Both the position numbers and the translations under genes were made by a program. Below the pieces are notes generated by a model, which saw nothing but the letters and a program-made list of their open reading frames with translations, did no database searches and was not told where the DNA came from. 64,000 nt of DNA, taken from contig DVNH01000006.1 in NCBI GenBank assembly GCA_018714565.1, positions 1,277-65,276 of the forward strand, read 5' to 3'. This document shows, piece by piece, positions 48,476 to 57,641 of the stretch (its first letter is position 1; each line of letters begins with the position of its first letter). Source of the stretch: Candidatus Merdicola faecigallinarum (GTDB taxonomy: Bacteria > Bacillota > Clostridia > TANB77 > CAG-508).

Positions 48476-49495
48476 ATGTTAAATTGGTATTTGCAAAGCG
48501 GAAAAGAATCAGATGTAGTAATTAGTTCTAGAGTAAGGCTAGCTAGAAATTTAGCAGAATTTCCTTTTGAAACAAAATGTTCTAAGGAAGATCTAAGAAA
48601 AATTGAACAGAAAATAGAGGAAGCCACTCCTCAAATTGGTTATCATTTAAAATATTTAAGATTACGTGATATGGATGATATTACGAAAATGAGTTTAGTA
48701 GAAAAAAGGTTAATTAGTCCAGAATTTGTATCGGATAAAAGTGAAAACAGAGGAATCCTATTAAATGATGATGAAAATATTTCTATTATGATAAATGAAG
48801 AAGATCATTTAAGAATACAAGTATTTGCTTCTGGATTAGAAATCGAGAATTTATTAAATCTAGCAATAGAAATTGATGAAAAAATTGGAGAAATGTTACC
48901 ATATGCTTATAGTGAAAAATATGGTTTTTTAACAAGCTGTCCAACCGATGCAGGAACGGCAATGAGAGCTTCCGTTATGGTACATTTACCAGCACTTACT
49001 CAAACAGGAAATATTCGAAAATTATTAGAAGTTGTTAGTAATTTTGGTATGAATATAAGAGGAATTTATGGAGAAGGAAGTAAAGCAATTGGAAATATGT
49101 ATCAAATTTCGAATAAACAATCCTTAGGAATTTCAGAAAAAGAGATTATAAAAAATATCAAATTAGTAACGGATAAAATTATTGAACAAGAGCGTTTAGC
49201 AAGAAAATATTTAGGAAAAAACAGTATAGAATTAGAAGACTATGTATATAGAGAGTATGGAAAATTAATTAATTGCAGAAAAATTTCATGGGAAGAATGT
49301 AAAGAATTACTATCTGCAGTAAAATTAGGAACAGACTTAGGTGTTATTAGAGAACTTACAGATTTAAAAGTAAATAAAATCGATTTATACAGTAAACCTG
49401 CAAATTTACAAAAATATTTAGGGAAACAATATGATAGTTATGATAGAGATATTAAAAGAGCAGAAGTAATAAAACAGATTGTACAAGAAGTATAA
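48476..49495 (+). CDS. mcsB: Protein arginine kinase McsB
   Basis: 339 aa with a phosphagen-kinase-like domain (NEEDHLRIQ, SCPTDAGTAMRAS). It lies between mcsA and clpC. Confidence 0.93.
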   Translation: MLNWYLQSGKESDVVISSRVRLARNLAEFPFETKCSKEDLRKIEQKIEEATPQIGYHLKYLRLRDMDDITKMSLVEKRLISPEFVSDKSENRGILLNDDENISIMINEEDHLRIQVFASGLEIENLLNLAIEIDEKIGEMLPYAYSEKYGFLTSCPTDAGTAMRASVMVHLPALTQTGNIRKLLEVVSNFGMNIRGIYGEGSKAIGNMYQISNKQSLGISEKEIIKNIKLVTDKIIEQERLARKYLGKNSIELEDYVYREYGKLINCRKISWEECKELLSAVKLGTDLGVIRELTDLKVNKIDLYSKPANLQKYLGKQYDSYDRDIKRAEVIKQIVQEV

Positions 49496-49515
49496 AAGAA
49501 AGGAAGGGAGAGAAT

Positions 49516-51984
49516 ATGACATATAAATTTACTAATAGTGCGCAAAAGGTAATTCAAATTGCAAGTGAAATTGCAACAGAACTTGGACATAGTTATATTG
49601 GAACAGAACATATATTATATGGATTAGCAAGAGAAGATAGTGGCGTTGCAAGTAAAGTATTAGAAAAACAAGAGATTACTTGTGAAAATATATTAGAAGA
49701 AATTGAAAGCTTAGTAGGGAGAGATGAACCTGCTATGGATCCAACAGTGGGATTTACACCAAGAACCAAAAGAGTAATTGAAAATGCATTCCGTGAAGCA
49801 AGAAAATTAGGAGTAGAATATATTGGAACAGAACACCTATTAATCGGAATTATGAGAGAAGCAGATAGCATTGCAGTAAGAATTATGCTTGACTTAGGAG
49901 TAAACCCACAAAAATTATATAATGAATTAGTAAAAGTAATTAATGATGAAGAAGAGTTTGGAACGAATACAAGAAGTTCCTCTGAAAAGAACAAAGGAAG
50001 CTATAATTCAACACCAACATTAAATCAGTTTGGAACTGATTTAACGAAACAAGCAGAAGCTGGAAAATTGGACCCAATTATCGGAAGAAAAACAGAAATT
50101 GAAAGGGTAATCCAAATCTTATCAAGAAGAACAAAAAACAATCCTTGTCTAATTGGTGAACCTGGTGTCGGAAAAACTGCAGTAGTAGAAGGGTTAGCAG
50201 AAAAAATCGTGTCAGGAGATGTTCCAGAAGTATTAAAGAATAAAAGAGTCGTAACGGTAGATATCTCAAGTATGGTAGCAGGAGCAAAATATAGAGGAGA
50301 TTTTGAAGAAAGAATTAAAAAATCTTTGAATGAGGTAAAAAAAGCAGGAGATGTAATACTATTTATTGACGAGATTCATACGATTGTAGGAGCAGGATCC
50401 GCAGAAGGGGCAATTGATGCGGCAAATATTTTAAAACCAATGCTAGCAAGAGGAGAAATTCAATTAATTGGTGCAACTACTTTAAATGAATACCGAAAAT
50501 ATATCGAGAAAGATGCTGCTTTAGAAAGACGTTTTAGTACGGTTATGGTGCAAGAGCCAAAAGTAGAAGATACAATTCAAATCTTAACAGGAATTCGTGA
50601 TAAATATGAGGCACATCATAATGTAAAGATTCCAGATGAAACGATCAAAGCTGCAGTAGAATTATCAGTAAGATATATTAATGATCGTTTTTTACCAGAT
50701 AAAGCCATTGATCTAATTGATGAAGCTGCTTCTAAAGTTCGTTTAAAAACATATTCAGAACCAGATGGAATAAAAGAACTACAAGATAAAATAAGAGATA
50801 TAGATCAAGAAAAAGAAGATGCAATTAAGGTTCAAAAATTTGAAAAAGCTGCAAAATTAAGAGATGAAGTAAAGGCTTTAAAAGAAAAATTAGAAAAAGA
50901 AAACGAAAAATGGAATCAGAAAAAATCAAAATCAATTATTACCTTAACAGAAGAAGATATTGCAGAAGTAATTGCTAGTTGGACAGGAATTCCAGTTGCT
51001 AAAATTACACAAGATGAAAATAAAAAACTAAGAGATTTGGAGAAAAACTTACACAAAAGAGTAATTGGACAAAACGAGGCAGTGGAGGCTGTAAGCAAAG
51101 CAATCAGAAGAGGAAGAGTTGGACTAAAAGATCCGAAAAGACCAATTGGTTCTTTCTTATTCTTAGGACCAACAGGAGTAGGTAAAACAGAATTAGCAAA
51201 AGCAATTTCAGAAAGTCTTTTTGGTGATGAAAATGCAATGATACGAGTAGATATGTCGGAATATATGGAATCACATTCCGTATCGAAATTAATAGGGTCG
51301 CCTCCAGGATATGTAGGATTCGATGATGGTGGTCAACTAACAGAAAAAATAAGAAGAAAACCATATGCTGTGATACTATTTGATGAAATTGAAAAAGCAC
51401 ATCCTGATGTAATGAATATGTTATTACAAATTTTGGAAGACGGTAGATTAACAGATAATCAAGGTCGTACCGTTAATTTTAAAAATACAGTAATTATTAT
51501 GACATCTAATGTAGGAGCAAGACTAATTACAGATAAAAATACATTAGGATTTTCAAGCCAAGAAGCAGATAAAAAAGAAGAAGCAGATTATGAAAAAATT
51601 AAAAAAGACGTGATGGCAGAATTGAAGAAACAATTTAGACCTGAATTTCTAAATCGTATTGATGAAATCATCGTATTCCATAAACTAACCGATTCTGAAA
51701 TTGAGCAAATTATTGATATTATGTTAAAAGAAGTAGCAATAAGACTAAAAGCACAAAATATTTCAATTTCTTTTGACAAAAGTGTAAAAGAATTAATTGC
51801 AAAGAAGGGTGTAGACAAAAATTTTGGAGCAAGACCATTAAGAAGATCAATTCAAAATTTAGTAGAAGATAAAATTGCAGAAGAAATTTTAGATGGAAAT
51901 CTAAAAGCAGGGGATGAAGCAAAAGTAACAGCAAAAGAAGATGAAATTTTAATAAAAACCAAAAAACTAGAAGCAAAGGAATAA
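49516..51984 (+). CDS. clpC: ATP-dependent Clp protease ATP-binding subunit ClpC
   Basis: 822 aa with Clp_N repeats, two AAA+ modules (GEPGVGKT, GPTGVGKT) and a UVR linker (FEKAAKLRDE). Confidence 0.96.
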   Translation: MTYKFTNSAQKVIQIASEIATELGHSYIGTEHILYGLAREDSGVASKVLEKQEITCENILEEIESLVGRDEPAMDPTVGFTPRTKRVIENAFREARKLGVEYIGTEHLLIGIMREADSIAVRIMLDLGVNPQKLYNELVKVINDEEEFGTNTRSSSEKNKGSYNSTPTLNQFGTDLTKQAEAGKLDPIIGRKTEIERVIQILSRRTKNNPCLIGEPGVGKTAVVEGLAEKIVSGDVPEVLKNKRVVTVDISSMVAGAKYRGDFEERIKKSLNEVKKAGDVILFIDEIHTIVGAGSAEGAIDAANILKPMLARGEIQLIGATTLNEYRKYIEKDAALERRFSTVMVQEPKVEDTIQILTGIRDKYEAHHNVKIPDETIKAAVELSVRYINDRFLPDKAIDLIDEAASKVRLKTYSEPDGIKELQDKIRDIDQEKEDAIKVQKFEKAAKLRDEVKALKEKLEKENEKWNQKKSKSIITLTEEDIAEVIASWTGIPVAKITQDENKKLRDLEKNLHKRVIGQNEAVEAVSKAIRRGRVGLKDPKRPIGSFLFLGPTGVGKTELAKAISESLFGDENAMIRVDMSEYMESHSVSKLIGSPPGYVGFDDGGQLTEKIRRKPYAVILFDEIEKAHPDVMNMLLQILEDGRLTDNQGRTVNFKNTVIIMTSNVGARLITDKNTLGFSSQEADKKEEADYEKIKKDVMAELKKQFRPEFLNRIDEIIVFHKLTDSEIEQIIDIMLKEVAIRLKAQNISISFDKSVKELIAKKGVDKNFGARPLRRSIQNLVEDKIAEEILDGNLKAGDEAKVTAKEDEILIKTKKLEAKE

Positions 51985-52146
51985 TAAAATGGTAGATAGA
52001 AATTTACAAAAAATTGAAAAAATTATGTAAATATGCTATAATATATATGTTACGAGTTGGCATTGTTGCAAAATGGTTGATATTTGATGTTATTCCTATA
52101 TAAATGATACCAAAAGCAACAGAGTGATAGACAAAGGAGAAAAAAG

Positions 52147-52440
52147 ATGAAAAAAATGGTGAAAGTCGAAAAACAAAAAGATGGTAGATGGGTAGCAGAA
52201 GATGGAACAATCGTAGGACGGGAAATAGAGCTGCAGACTGGAACTATCATTCTTGAAAATGAAGCAGGAGAACAGAAAATGGCGATCTATGGAACGATCA
52301 TCAATGATGTGTTCAATGCTTTTTGTACAGGAAGTTCTTGCGGAGCGCAGTGCGTACTGGCAGGCAAAGGAGCTTGCAGGTATAACCGAAAGATTGCAGA
52401 TGATGCAGGATATTATCTGTTGATGGAGGAAAGTGAATAA
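52147..52440 (+). CDS. Hypothetical 97-aa protein with a C-x4-C-x3-C-x6-C cluster
   Basis: It has a good SD (AAAGGAGAAAAAAG) and its own promoter-like TTGAAA...TATAAT upstream. G+C is visibly higher than in the surroundings. The Cys cluster is FCTGSSCGAQCVLAGKGAC. I recognised no family. Confidence 0.55.
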   Translation: MKKMVKVEKQKDGRWVAEDGTIVGREIELQTGTIILENEAGEQKMAIYGTIINDVFNAFCTGSSCGAQCVLAGKGACRYNRKIADDAGYYLLMEESE

Positions 52441-52458
52441 CATATCAACCAATAATTG

Positions 52459-52490
52459 GAGGGATCAGATTTATTCTGATCCCTCTTTTC
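52459..52490 (+). terminator. Intrinsic terminator of the 97-aa gene
   Basis: GAGGGATCAGA-TTTAT-TCTGATCCCTC followed by TTTTCCTATTTT. Confidence 0.8.
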
Positions 52491-52500
52491 CTATTTTCTG

Positions 52501-52554
52501 TAACAATAAGGTTAAGTTGCCTTAATTTGTGTGATTGCGAAGCACTTTTCATAT
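52501..52554 (+). repeat. Intergenic repeat family, locus 4: an internally deleted unit fused behind a terminator
   Basis: TAACAATAAGGTTAAGTTGCCTTAATTTGTGTGATTGCGAAGCACTTTTCATAT matches the family core, but lacks the ~22 nt between the two GC(A/G)AAGC motifs. Confidence 0.75.
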
Positions 52555-52556
52555 TG

Positions 52557-53414
52557 CTAAATAGGATTTACATGAATAATGGTATGATAAATGTTTTCTA
52601 GTTTATTAATATCTTTTTCTAGATGATCTGCTAATTCATGACTTTTAAAGGTAGACATATTACCATCTACATAAATAGTAAGAGTTACAACATATTGATA
52701 GCCAACTGGAGTAGAAGAAATAGGATCTACTTTTTGGATTTCTTTATATCCATGAGCTAAATCATAAATTAATTTAGTTGTATTTTCATCTAAAGAAATG
52801 TCCATTAAAATATTATAGCTCTCAATAAAAATTTTGACCCCGGTAAAGGCAATCCATAAAGAAATTCCGATACCAACTATACCATCAATCCAGTAAATAC
52901 CAAATAAACTAGCTAAAATAGAAATAAGTGTAAAAGTGGTGACAATACAATCATTACGATGATCTTTCATATTGGCTTTTACTAAAATGTTATTATATTT
53001 TTTTACAATAGAATGTGAGTATAGGTATAAAGTAAGTTTTATTATAATTGTAATAATGCAAACAAGGACTAAGAACCAAGAAAAAATAAATTCATTTCTA
53101 TTAATTAAACTGGAAACAGAATCAATTAATAATTTAATAGAAACTAATATCATAGATAAGCTAATTAAAAAGGAAAAAATATATTCCGCTTTTCCATGTC
53201 CAAAGTTATGTGTTTTATCACTTGGTTCACTTGATATTTTATTTCCAATAAAAGTCATAAGAGAAGCAAATATATCGCTTGCACTATTGGCTGCATCTGC
53301 GATCATAGATTGACTATGAGATAAAAATCCAATGATTGCTTTTATAATTAACAAAAAAATATTTCCGATGATTCCAAATAAGCTAACTCTTTTTGCACTT
53401 TGATATCGATCCAT
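52557..53414 (-). CDS. Cation diffusion facilitator (CDF) family metal efflux transporter
   Basis: 285 aa with six TM segments, the HSQSMIADAANSASD signature in TM2 and a C-terminal cytoplasmic domain. Confidence 0.88.
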   Translation of the reverse strand: MDRYQSAKRVSLFGIIGNIFLLIIKAIIGFLSHSQSMIADAANSASDIFASLMTFIGNKISSEPSDKTHNFGHGKAEYIFSFLISLSMILVSIKLLIDSVSSLINRNEFIFSWFLVLVCIITIIIKLTLYLYSHSIVKKYNNILVKANMKDHRNDCIVTTFTLISILASLFGIYWIDGIVGIGISLWIAFTGVKIFIESYNILMDISLDENTTKLIYDLAHGYKEIQKVDPISSTPVGYQYVVTLTIYVDGNMSTFKSHELADHLEKDINKLENIYHTIIHVNPI

Positions 53415-53553
53415 ATAAATTCCTCTCTTTCATATTAAATCATTATTATATCATAAAGAAAAAAATTATGTATGTTTTTTATAAAAAAATAAGATAAAAT
53501 TGAAAATAAATAAGCATCATGGTATAATGCCAAAAAAGTAAAGGAGAAAGAGT

Positions 53554-54102
53554 ATGAAAGAAAATAAAAATCCAATTGTAACAATAGAAATGGAAAAGGA
53601 AGGAATAATAAAAATAGAATTATTTCCAGATAAAGCAAAGGAAACAGTGAATAATTTTATTTATTTAATTCAGCAAAAATTTTATGATGGTTTAATTTTT
53701 CATAGGACAATACCAGGTTTCATGGCACAAGGGGGAGATCCAGAAGGAACAGGAACTGGAGGACCTGGATATCATATAAAAGGGGAATTTAGTGAAAATG
53801 GAATCGAAAATACAATTTCACATGTAAGAGGAGCTGTTTCTATGGCAAGAAGTATGTTGCCAGACAGTGCCGGTTCTCAGTTTTTTATTGTAACGGATGA
53901 TTCAGAATTTTTAGATGGAAAATACGCTGCTTTTGGAATGGTAATAGAAGGAATGGACGCTGTTGACAAAATCGTAAAGTCAAGAGTAATAACAAGAAGT
54001 AGCTTTGGAGGAGGAAAAGATAGACCAGTAGAGCCACCAGTTATGAAAAAGGTAACAGTAGAAACATTTGGAGTTAATTATCCAGATCCAATTAAATTAT
54101 AA
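53554..54102 (+). CDS. ppiB: Cyclophilin-type peptidyl-prolyl cis-trans isomerase
   Basis: 182 aa with FHRTIPGFMAQGGDP and SAGSQFFI. Confidence 0.93.
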   Translation: MKENKNPIVTIEMEKEGIIKIELFPDKAKETVNNFIYLIQQKFYDGLIFHRTIPGFMAQGGDPEGTGTGGPGYHIKGEFSENGIENTISHVRGAVSMARSMLPDSAGSQFFIVTDDSEFLDGKYAAFGMVIEGMDAVDKIVKSRVITRSSFGGGKDRPVEPPVMKKVTVETFGVNYPDPIKL

Positions 54103-54223
54103 AAATAGGAAGCGAAACTGAAAATATGGAAAAATAGTCATTTATCTTCGAAAAACGACAAAATATTGCAATATATAAGGGAATATGCTATAATAGAAAC
54201 GATTACTAAAGAGGGTGGTATAG

Positions 54224-54592
54224 GTGACGGCATTATTAATACTAGTATATCTATTAATAATGATCATATTTTCATTAATTGCATTCGCAGTAATGCAAAT
54301 TAAATTAGCAGGGTTAACCGTAAAAGATTTTTGGAGCTTTATAGAAGCAAACCAAAGTTTAGATAAATTGTATCGAATATCAAAAAGATATGAACATATG
54401 ACTCAACAAGAACAGGTAATATTTTTAAAGGAAGCAGAAAAATTATTTCGAGCTTTTGAAAAAGTACCTAATGTATTATGGGAAGAGGAATATCCTAAAT
54501 ATTCTGATGTATTGGATGCATATAAAAATGTAAAAATATTAAGATGGACAACGATAAATGAAAATAAAGTAACTTCGAAAAAAGGTAGTTAA
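54224..54592 (+). CDS. Hypothetical membrane-anchored protein
   Basis: 122 aa with a GTG start after AGAGGGTGG and one N-terminal TM helix. No family recognised. Confidence 0.5.
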   Translation: MTALLILVYLLIMIIFSLIAFAVMQIKLAGLTVKDFWSFIEANQSLDKLYRISKRYEHMTQQEQVIFLKEAEKLFRAFEKVPNVLWEEEYPKYSDVLDAYKNVKILRWTTINENKVTSKKGS

Positions 54593-54654
54593 GGAAAAAT
54601 CATAACTATCTTTTTTTTATTGCATAAAGTTTATTATTTAAGAATATAATATAG

Positions 54655-54723
54655 AAAGAAAAAGTGGCTTCACCTAGGAGAAACTAAGGAAATTTAAGTC
54701 TTATTTTTCAGAAAACGCATAAT
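54655..54723 (-). repeat. Intergenic repeat family, locus 5: a short degenerate unit, reverse orientation
   Basis: The plus strand AAGAAAAAGTGGCTTCACC...ACTAAGGAAATTTAAGTCTT...GAAAACGCATAAT matches both ends and the ACTAAGG-AACTTAA core of the reverse-complemented family unit. The central part is missing. Confidence 0.6.
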
Positions 54724-54757
54724 AGAAAATAACAATTTTTGTAAGGTAGGAGAAAAT

Positions 54758-55900
54758 ATGAAGGTAAGATATTTTGATCATGCAGCAACTACTCCAGTAA
54801 GAGAAGAAGTATTAAAAGAGATGCTGCCCTATTTTGAAGTGGAATATGGAAATGCTTCTTCGATGTATGTATTAGGAAGAAGAGCAAAAAAAGCAATGGA
54901 TATAGCAAGACAAAGAGTTGCAAACTCAATTGGAGCAAAGCCAAGAGAGATTTATTTTACATCTTGTGGAAGCGAAAGTGATAATTTAGCAATCAAGGGA
55001 ATTATGAGAGCGAATAGATTAAAGGGAAAACATATGATTACTAGTAAGATAGAACATCCGGCTGTTTTACATACATGTCAAGCTTTAGAAAAAGAGGGAT
55101 ATCAGGTTACTTACTTGAATGTAGATTCAGATGGAATGATTTCATTAGAGGAACTAGAAAGAGCAATTACAAAAGAAACTGTTATGATTAGTATTATGTT
55201 TGCGAATAACGAGATAGGTACCATACAGCCAATTCGCGCAATAGGGAAAATAGCAAAAAAACATCAAATATTTTTTCACACAGATAGTGTGCAAGCCATA
55301 GGAAATGTAAGAATTAATGTAGAAGAATTAAATATTGATTTACTTTCGATGTCGGCACATAAATTTTATGGTCCAAAAGGAGTAGGAGCACTATATGCAA
55401 AAGATGGAGTTCCTTTTGATAAAATTCAAGATGGAGGACATCAAGAGAGAGATAAAAGAGCAGGAACAGAAAATGTAGCAGAAATAGTGGGGCTAGGAAA
55501 AGCAATAGAACTTTCTTATCGAGATTTTGAAACATATAATAAAAAATTAATAGAATTAAGGGAATATTATTTTAAGAGAATCGTACAAGAAATCGAAAAT
55601 GTTAAAATAAATGGACATAAAACTTTAAGACTTCCTGGAAATGCAAATGTTTCTTTTCCAGGGATAGAAGGAGAAGAATTATTATTTAAATTAGATCAAA
55701 GAGGAATATGTGCATCGAGTGGATCTGCATGTAGTACAGGGGCACAAAATCCTTCTCATGTTTTATTAGCCATTGGTCTTCATCAAGAGTTATCACAGGG
55801 AACTTTAAGAACAACATTTGGAGAAAATAATACGAAAGAAGACGTAGACTATTTAGTAGATTCCTTGAAAGAGATTATACAAAATAAAAAAGATCAATAA
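54758..55900 (+). CDS. nifS: Cysteine desulfurase (NifS/IscS class)
   Basis: 380 aa with the PLP lysine in SAHKFYGPKG and the active-site loop SSGSACS. Confidence 0.92.
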   Translation: MKVRYFDHAATTPVREEVLKEMLPYFEVEYGNASSMYVLGRRAKKAMDIARQRVANSIGAKPREIYFTSCGSESDNLAIKGIMRANRLKGKHMITSKIEHPAVLHTCQALEKEGYQVTYLNVDSDGMISLEELERAITKETVMISIMFANNEIGTIQPIRAIGKIAKKHQIFFHTDSVQAIGNVRINVEELNIDLLSMSAHKFYGPKGVGALYAKDGVPFDKIQDGGHQERDKRAGTENVAEIVGLGKAIELSYRDFETYNKKLIELREYYFKRIVQEIENVKINGHKTLRLPGNANVSFPGIEGEELLFKLDQRGICASSGSACSTGAQNPSHVLLAIGLHQELSQGTLRTTFGENNTKEDVDYLVDSLKEIIQNKKDQ

Positions 55901-55920
55901 AAAATATATTGATCAAGATA

Positions 55921-55956
55921 AAAAAACTCTAATCACTTAAGTGATTAGAGTTTTTT
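55921..55956. terminator. Bidirectional terminator between nifS and the SPFH gene
   Basis: AAAAAA-CTCTAATCAC-TTAA-GTGATTAGAG-TTTTTT. Confidence 0.85.
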
Positions 55957-55977
55957 CTATCTCATTAGGAATGGTTC

Positions 55978-56895
55978 TTATTTTCCTTCTTTTTTATCTT
56001 TTAACATTTCAGCAGCAGCTCCTAAACTACTTAAAGCTGTAGTTGCGTCAAAAGGAATAAATACTTTATTAGCATCTCCTTTAGCAACTTCTTCTAAGGC
56101 TTCTAATGATTTTAATTGAACAAGCTTTTCATCAGGATCTGCTTTCTTAATTGCTTCATAAACCATTTGTACTTCTTTTGCTTTGGCCTGAGCAATTGCT
56201 TCAATTGCTTCTGCTTCACCCGCAGCTCTTCTAATTTGTGCTTCACGATCTGCTTCTGCTTCTAAAATAGCAGCTTGTTTTTTACCTTCAGCAAGAGTGA
56301 TTGCAGATTGTCTTTCACCTTCTGCTTGAAGGATTAAAGCTCTTTTATTTCTTTCAGCATTCATTTGTTTCTCCATTGCATCACGGATATCAGCAGGAGG
56401 ATTAATGTCTTTTATTTCAACACGATCAATTTTACATCCCCATTTATCTGTTGCTTCATCTAAGATAACTCTTAATCTTTGATTAATCGCATCTCTAGAA
56501 CTAAATGTTTCATCTAAATCCATCTTACCAACAATATCACGAATAGTAGTAATTGCTAAATATTCAATACCTTTCTTTAAAGATTGAATTTCATATACAG
56601 CCTTTGCAGGATCAGTAATTTGATAGAATACAACAGTATCAATTGTAATTGTTACATTATCTTTTGTAATAACTCCTTGTGGTGGAATATCCATTGTTTG
56701 TTGCTTTAAACTTACAACACTACGAACATGATCAAAAAAAGGGATAATGATTGTAAGTCCAGCATCTGCAACTTTATGAAATTTACCAAGTCTTTCAATA
56801 ATATATACTTCAGATTGTTTTACTACTTTAATTGTTTTATATGCAATAATAACAATAATTGCAAGCATAATAATTAAAAAGATAACTCCTCCCAT
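55978..56895 (-). CDS. SPFH/band-7 (stomatin-like) membrane protein
   Basis: 305 aa with an N-terminal TM helix, an SPFH domain (IIERLGKF...TKDNV) and an Ala/Glu-rich coiled coil. Confidence 0.9.
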   Translation of the reverse strand: MGGVIFLIIMLAIIVIIAYKTIKVVKQSEVYIIERLGKFHKVADAGLTIIIPFFDHVRSVVSLKQQTMDIPPQGVITKDNVTITIDTVVFYQITDPAKAVYEIQSLKKGIEYLAITTIRDIVGKMDLDETFSSRDAINQRLRVILDEATDKWGCKIDRVEIKDINPPADIRDAMEKQMNAERNKRALILQAEGERQSAITLAEGKKQAAILEAEADREAQIRRAAGEAEAIEAIAQAKAKEVQMVYEAIKKADPDEKLVQLKSLEALEEVAKGDANKVFIPFDATTALSSLGAAAEMLKDKKEGK

Positions 56896-56916
56896 TTTTA
56901 ATAATCCTCCTTTAAA

Positions 56917-57381
56917 TTAATCTAATTTATTTTCTATTATACTATTTTGATTTTTTTCAATAAGTTTTACGCAAGCTTTTACGCCATCTAAGGAAGAAAT
57001 TTCTACCTCTGATCCTTTTGCAATAATTTCATCTCCTAATGTTTTAGCAGACCAAACTTCTCCGTCTACTTTTATTTGTCCAGTACCTGTAATGGAATTA
57101 ATTTCTTCCAATACAATTGCTTTTTTTCCAATAATAGAATAAGCATTGGTTGGAAGTGTTTTTTGTTTGTTAATATATTTATCTACTAGTGGTTTTGTAA
57201 AATATAATAGTAAACAAGAGGATGCAATAAATACAATAAGCTGTATGATAATGCTATCTGTAATTAAACTTGTAACAGTAGCAAATAAAGCACCTATTGC
57301 TAACCAAAAAACTAAAAAACCTGTTGTAATTATTTCCAAAATAAAAAGTACTCCAGAAATAATTAACCAGACTTGCCACAT
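56917..57381 (-). CDS. NfeD family membrane protein (partner of the SPFH protein)
   Basis: Start set to the ATG at 57381, 9 nt after AGGAGG. It has three TM helices plus a C-terminal OB-fold-like domain (GTGQIKVDGEVWSAK). It is in an operon with the SPFH gene. Confidence 0.85.
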   Translation of the reverse strand: MWQVWLIISGVLFILEIITTGFLVFWLAIGALFATVTSLITDSIIIQLIVFIASSCLLLYFTKPLVDKYINKQKTLPTNAYSIIGKKAIVLEEINSITGTGQIKVDGEVWSAKTLGDEIIAKGSEVEISSLDGVKACVKLIEKNQNSIIENKLD

Positions 57382-57460
57382 AGATACATTCCTCCTTATA
57401 CACAATCTACTAATATTATACTACAAAATCTGGAAAAAGTAAAGAGAAGCTTAGAAAAAA

Positions 57461-57528
57461 GAGGGAAAGAGGGACGGTCATAAAAATCCCTTTTTTTAGG
57501 GATTTTTATGACCGTCCCTCTTTCCCTC
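57461..57528. repeat. 31-bp perfect inverted repeat with a T6 centre
   Basis: GAGGGAAAGAGGGACGGTCATAAAAATCCCT (57461-57491), TTTTTT, then AGGGATTTTTATGACCGTCCCTCTTTCCCTC (57498-57528). It sits between the divergent nfeD and GH18 genes. Confidence 0.95.
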
Positions 57529-57641
57529 ACTCGAAGAAAACTTATAAAAAATAAACAAGAAAGGTTTGCTAAATAATTCTTTTATGATATGATTATACTA
57601 ATTTTAAAAAAAGAAAATGAAAAGAATAAAGGAGATAAAAC

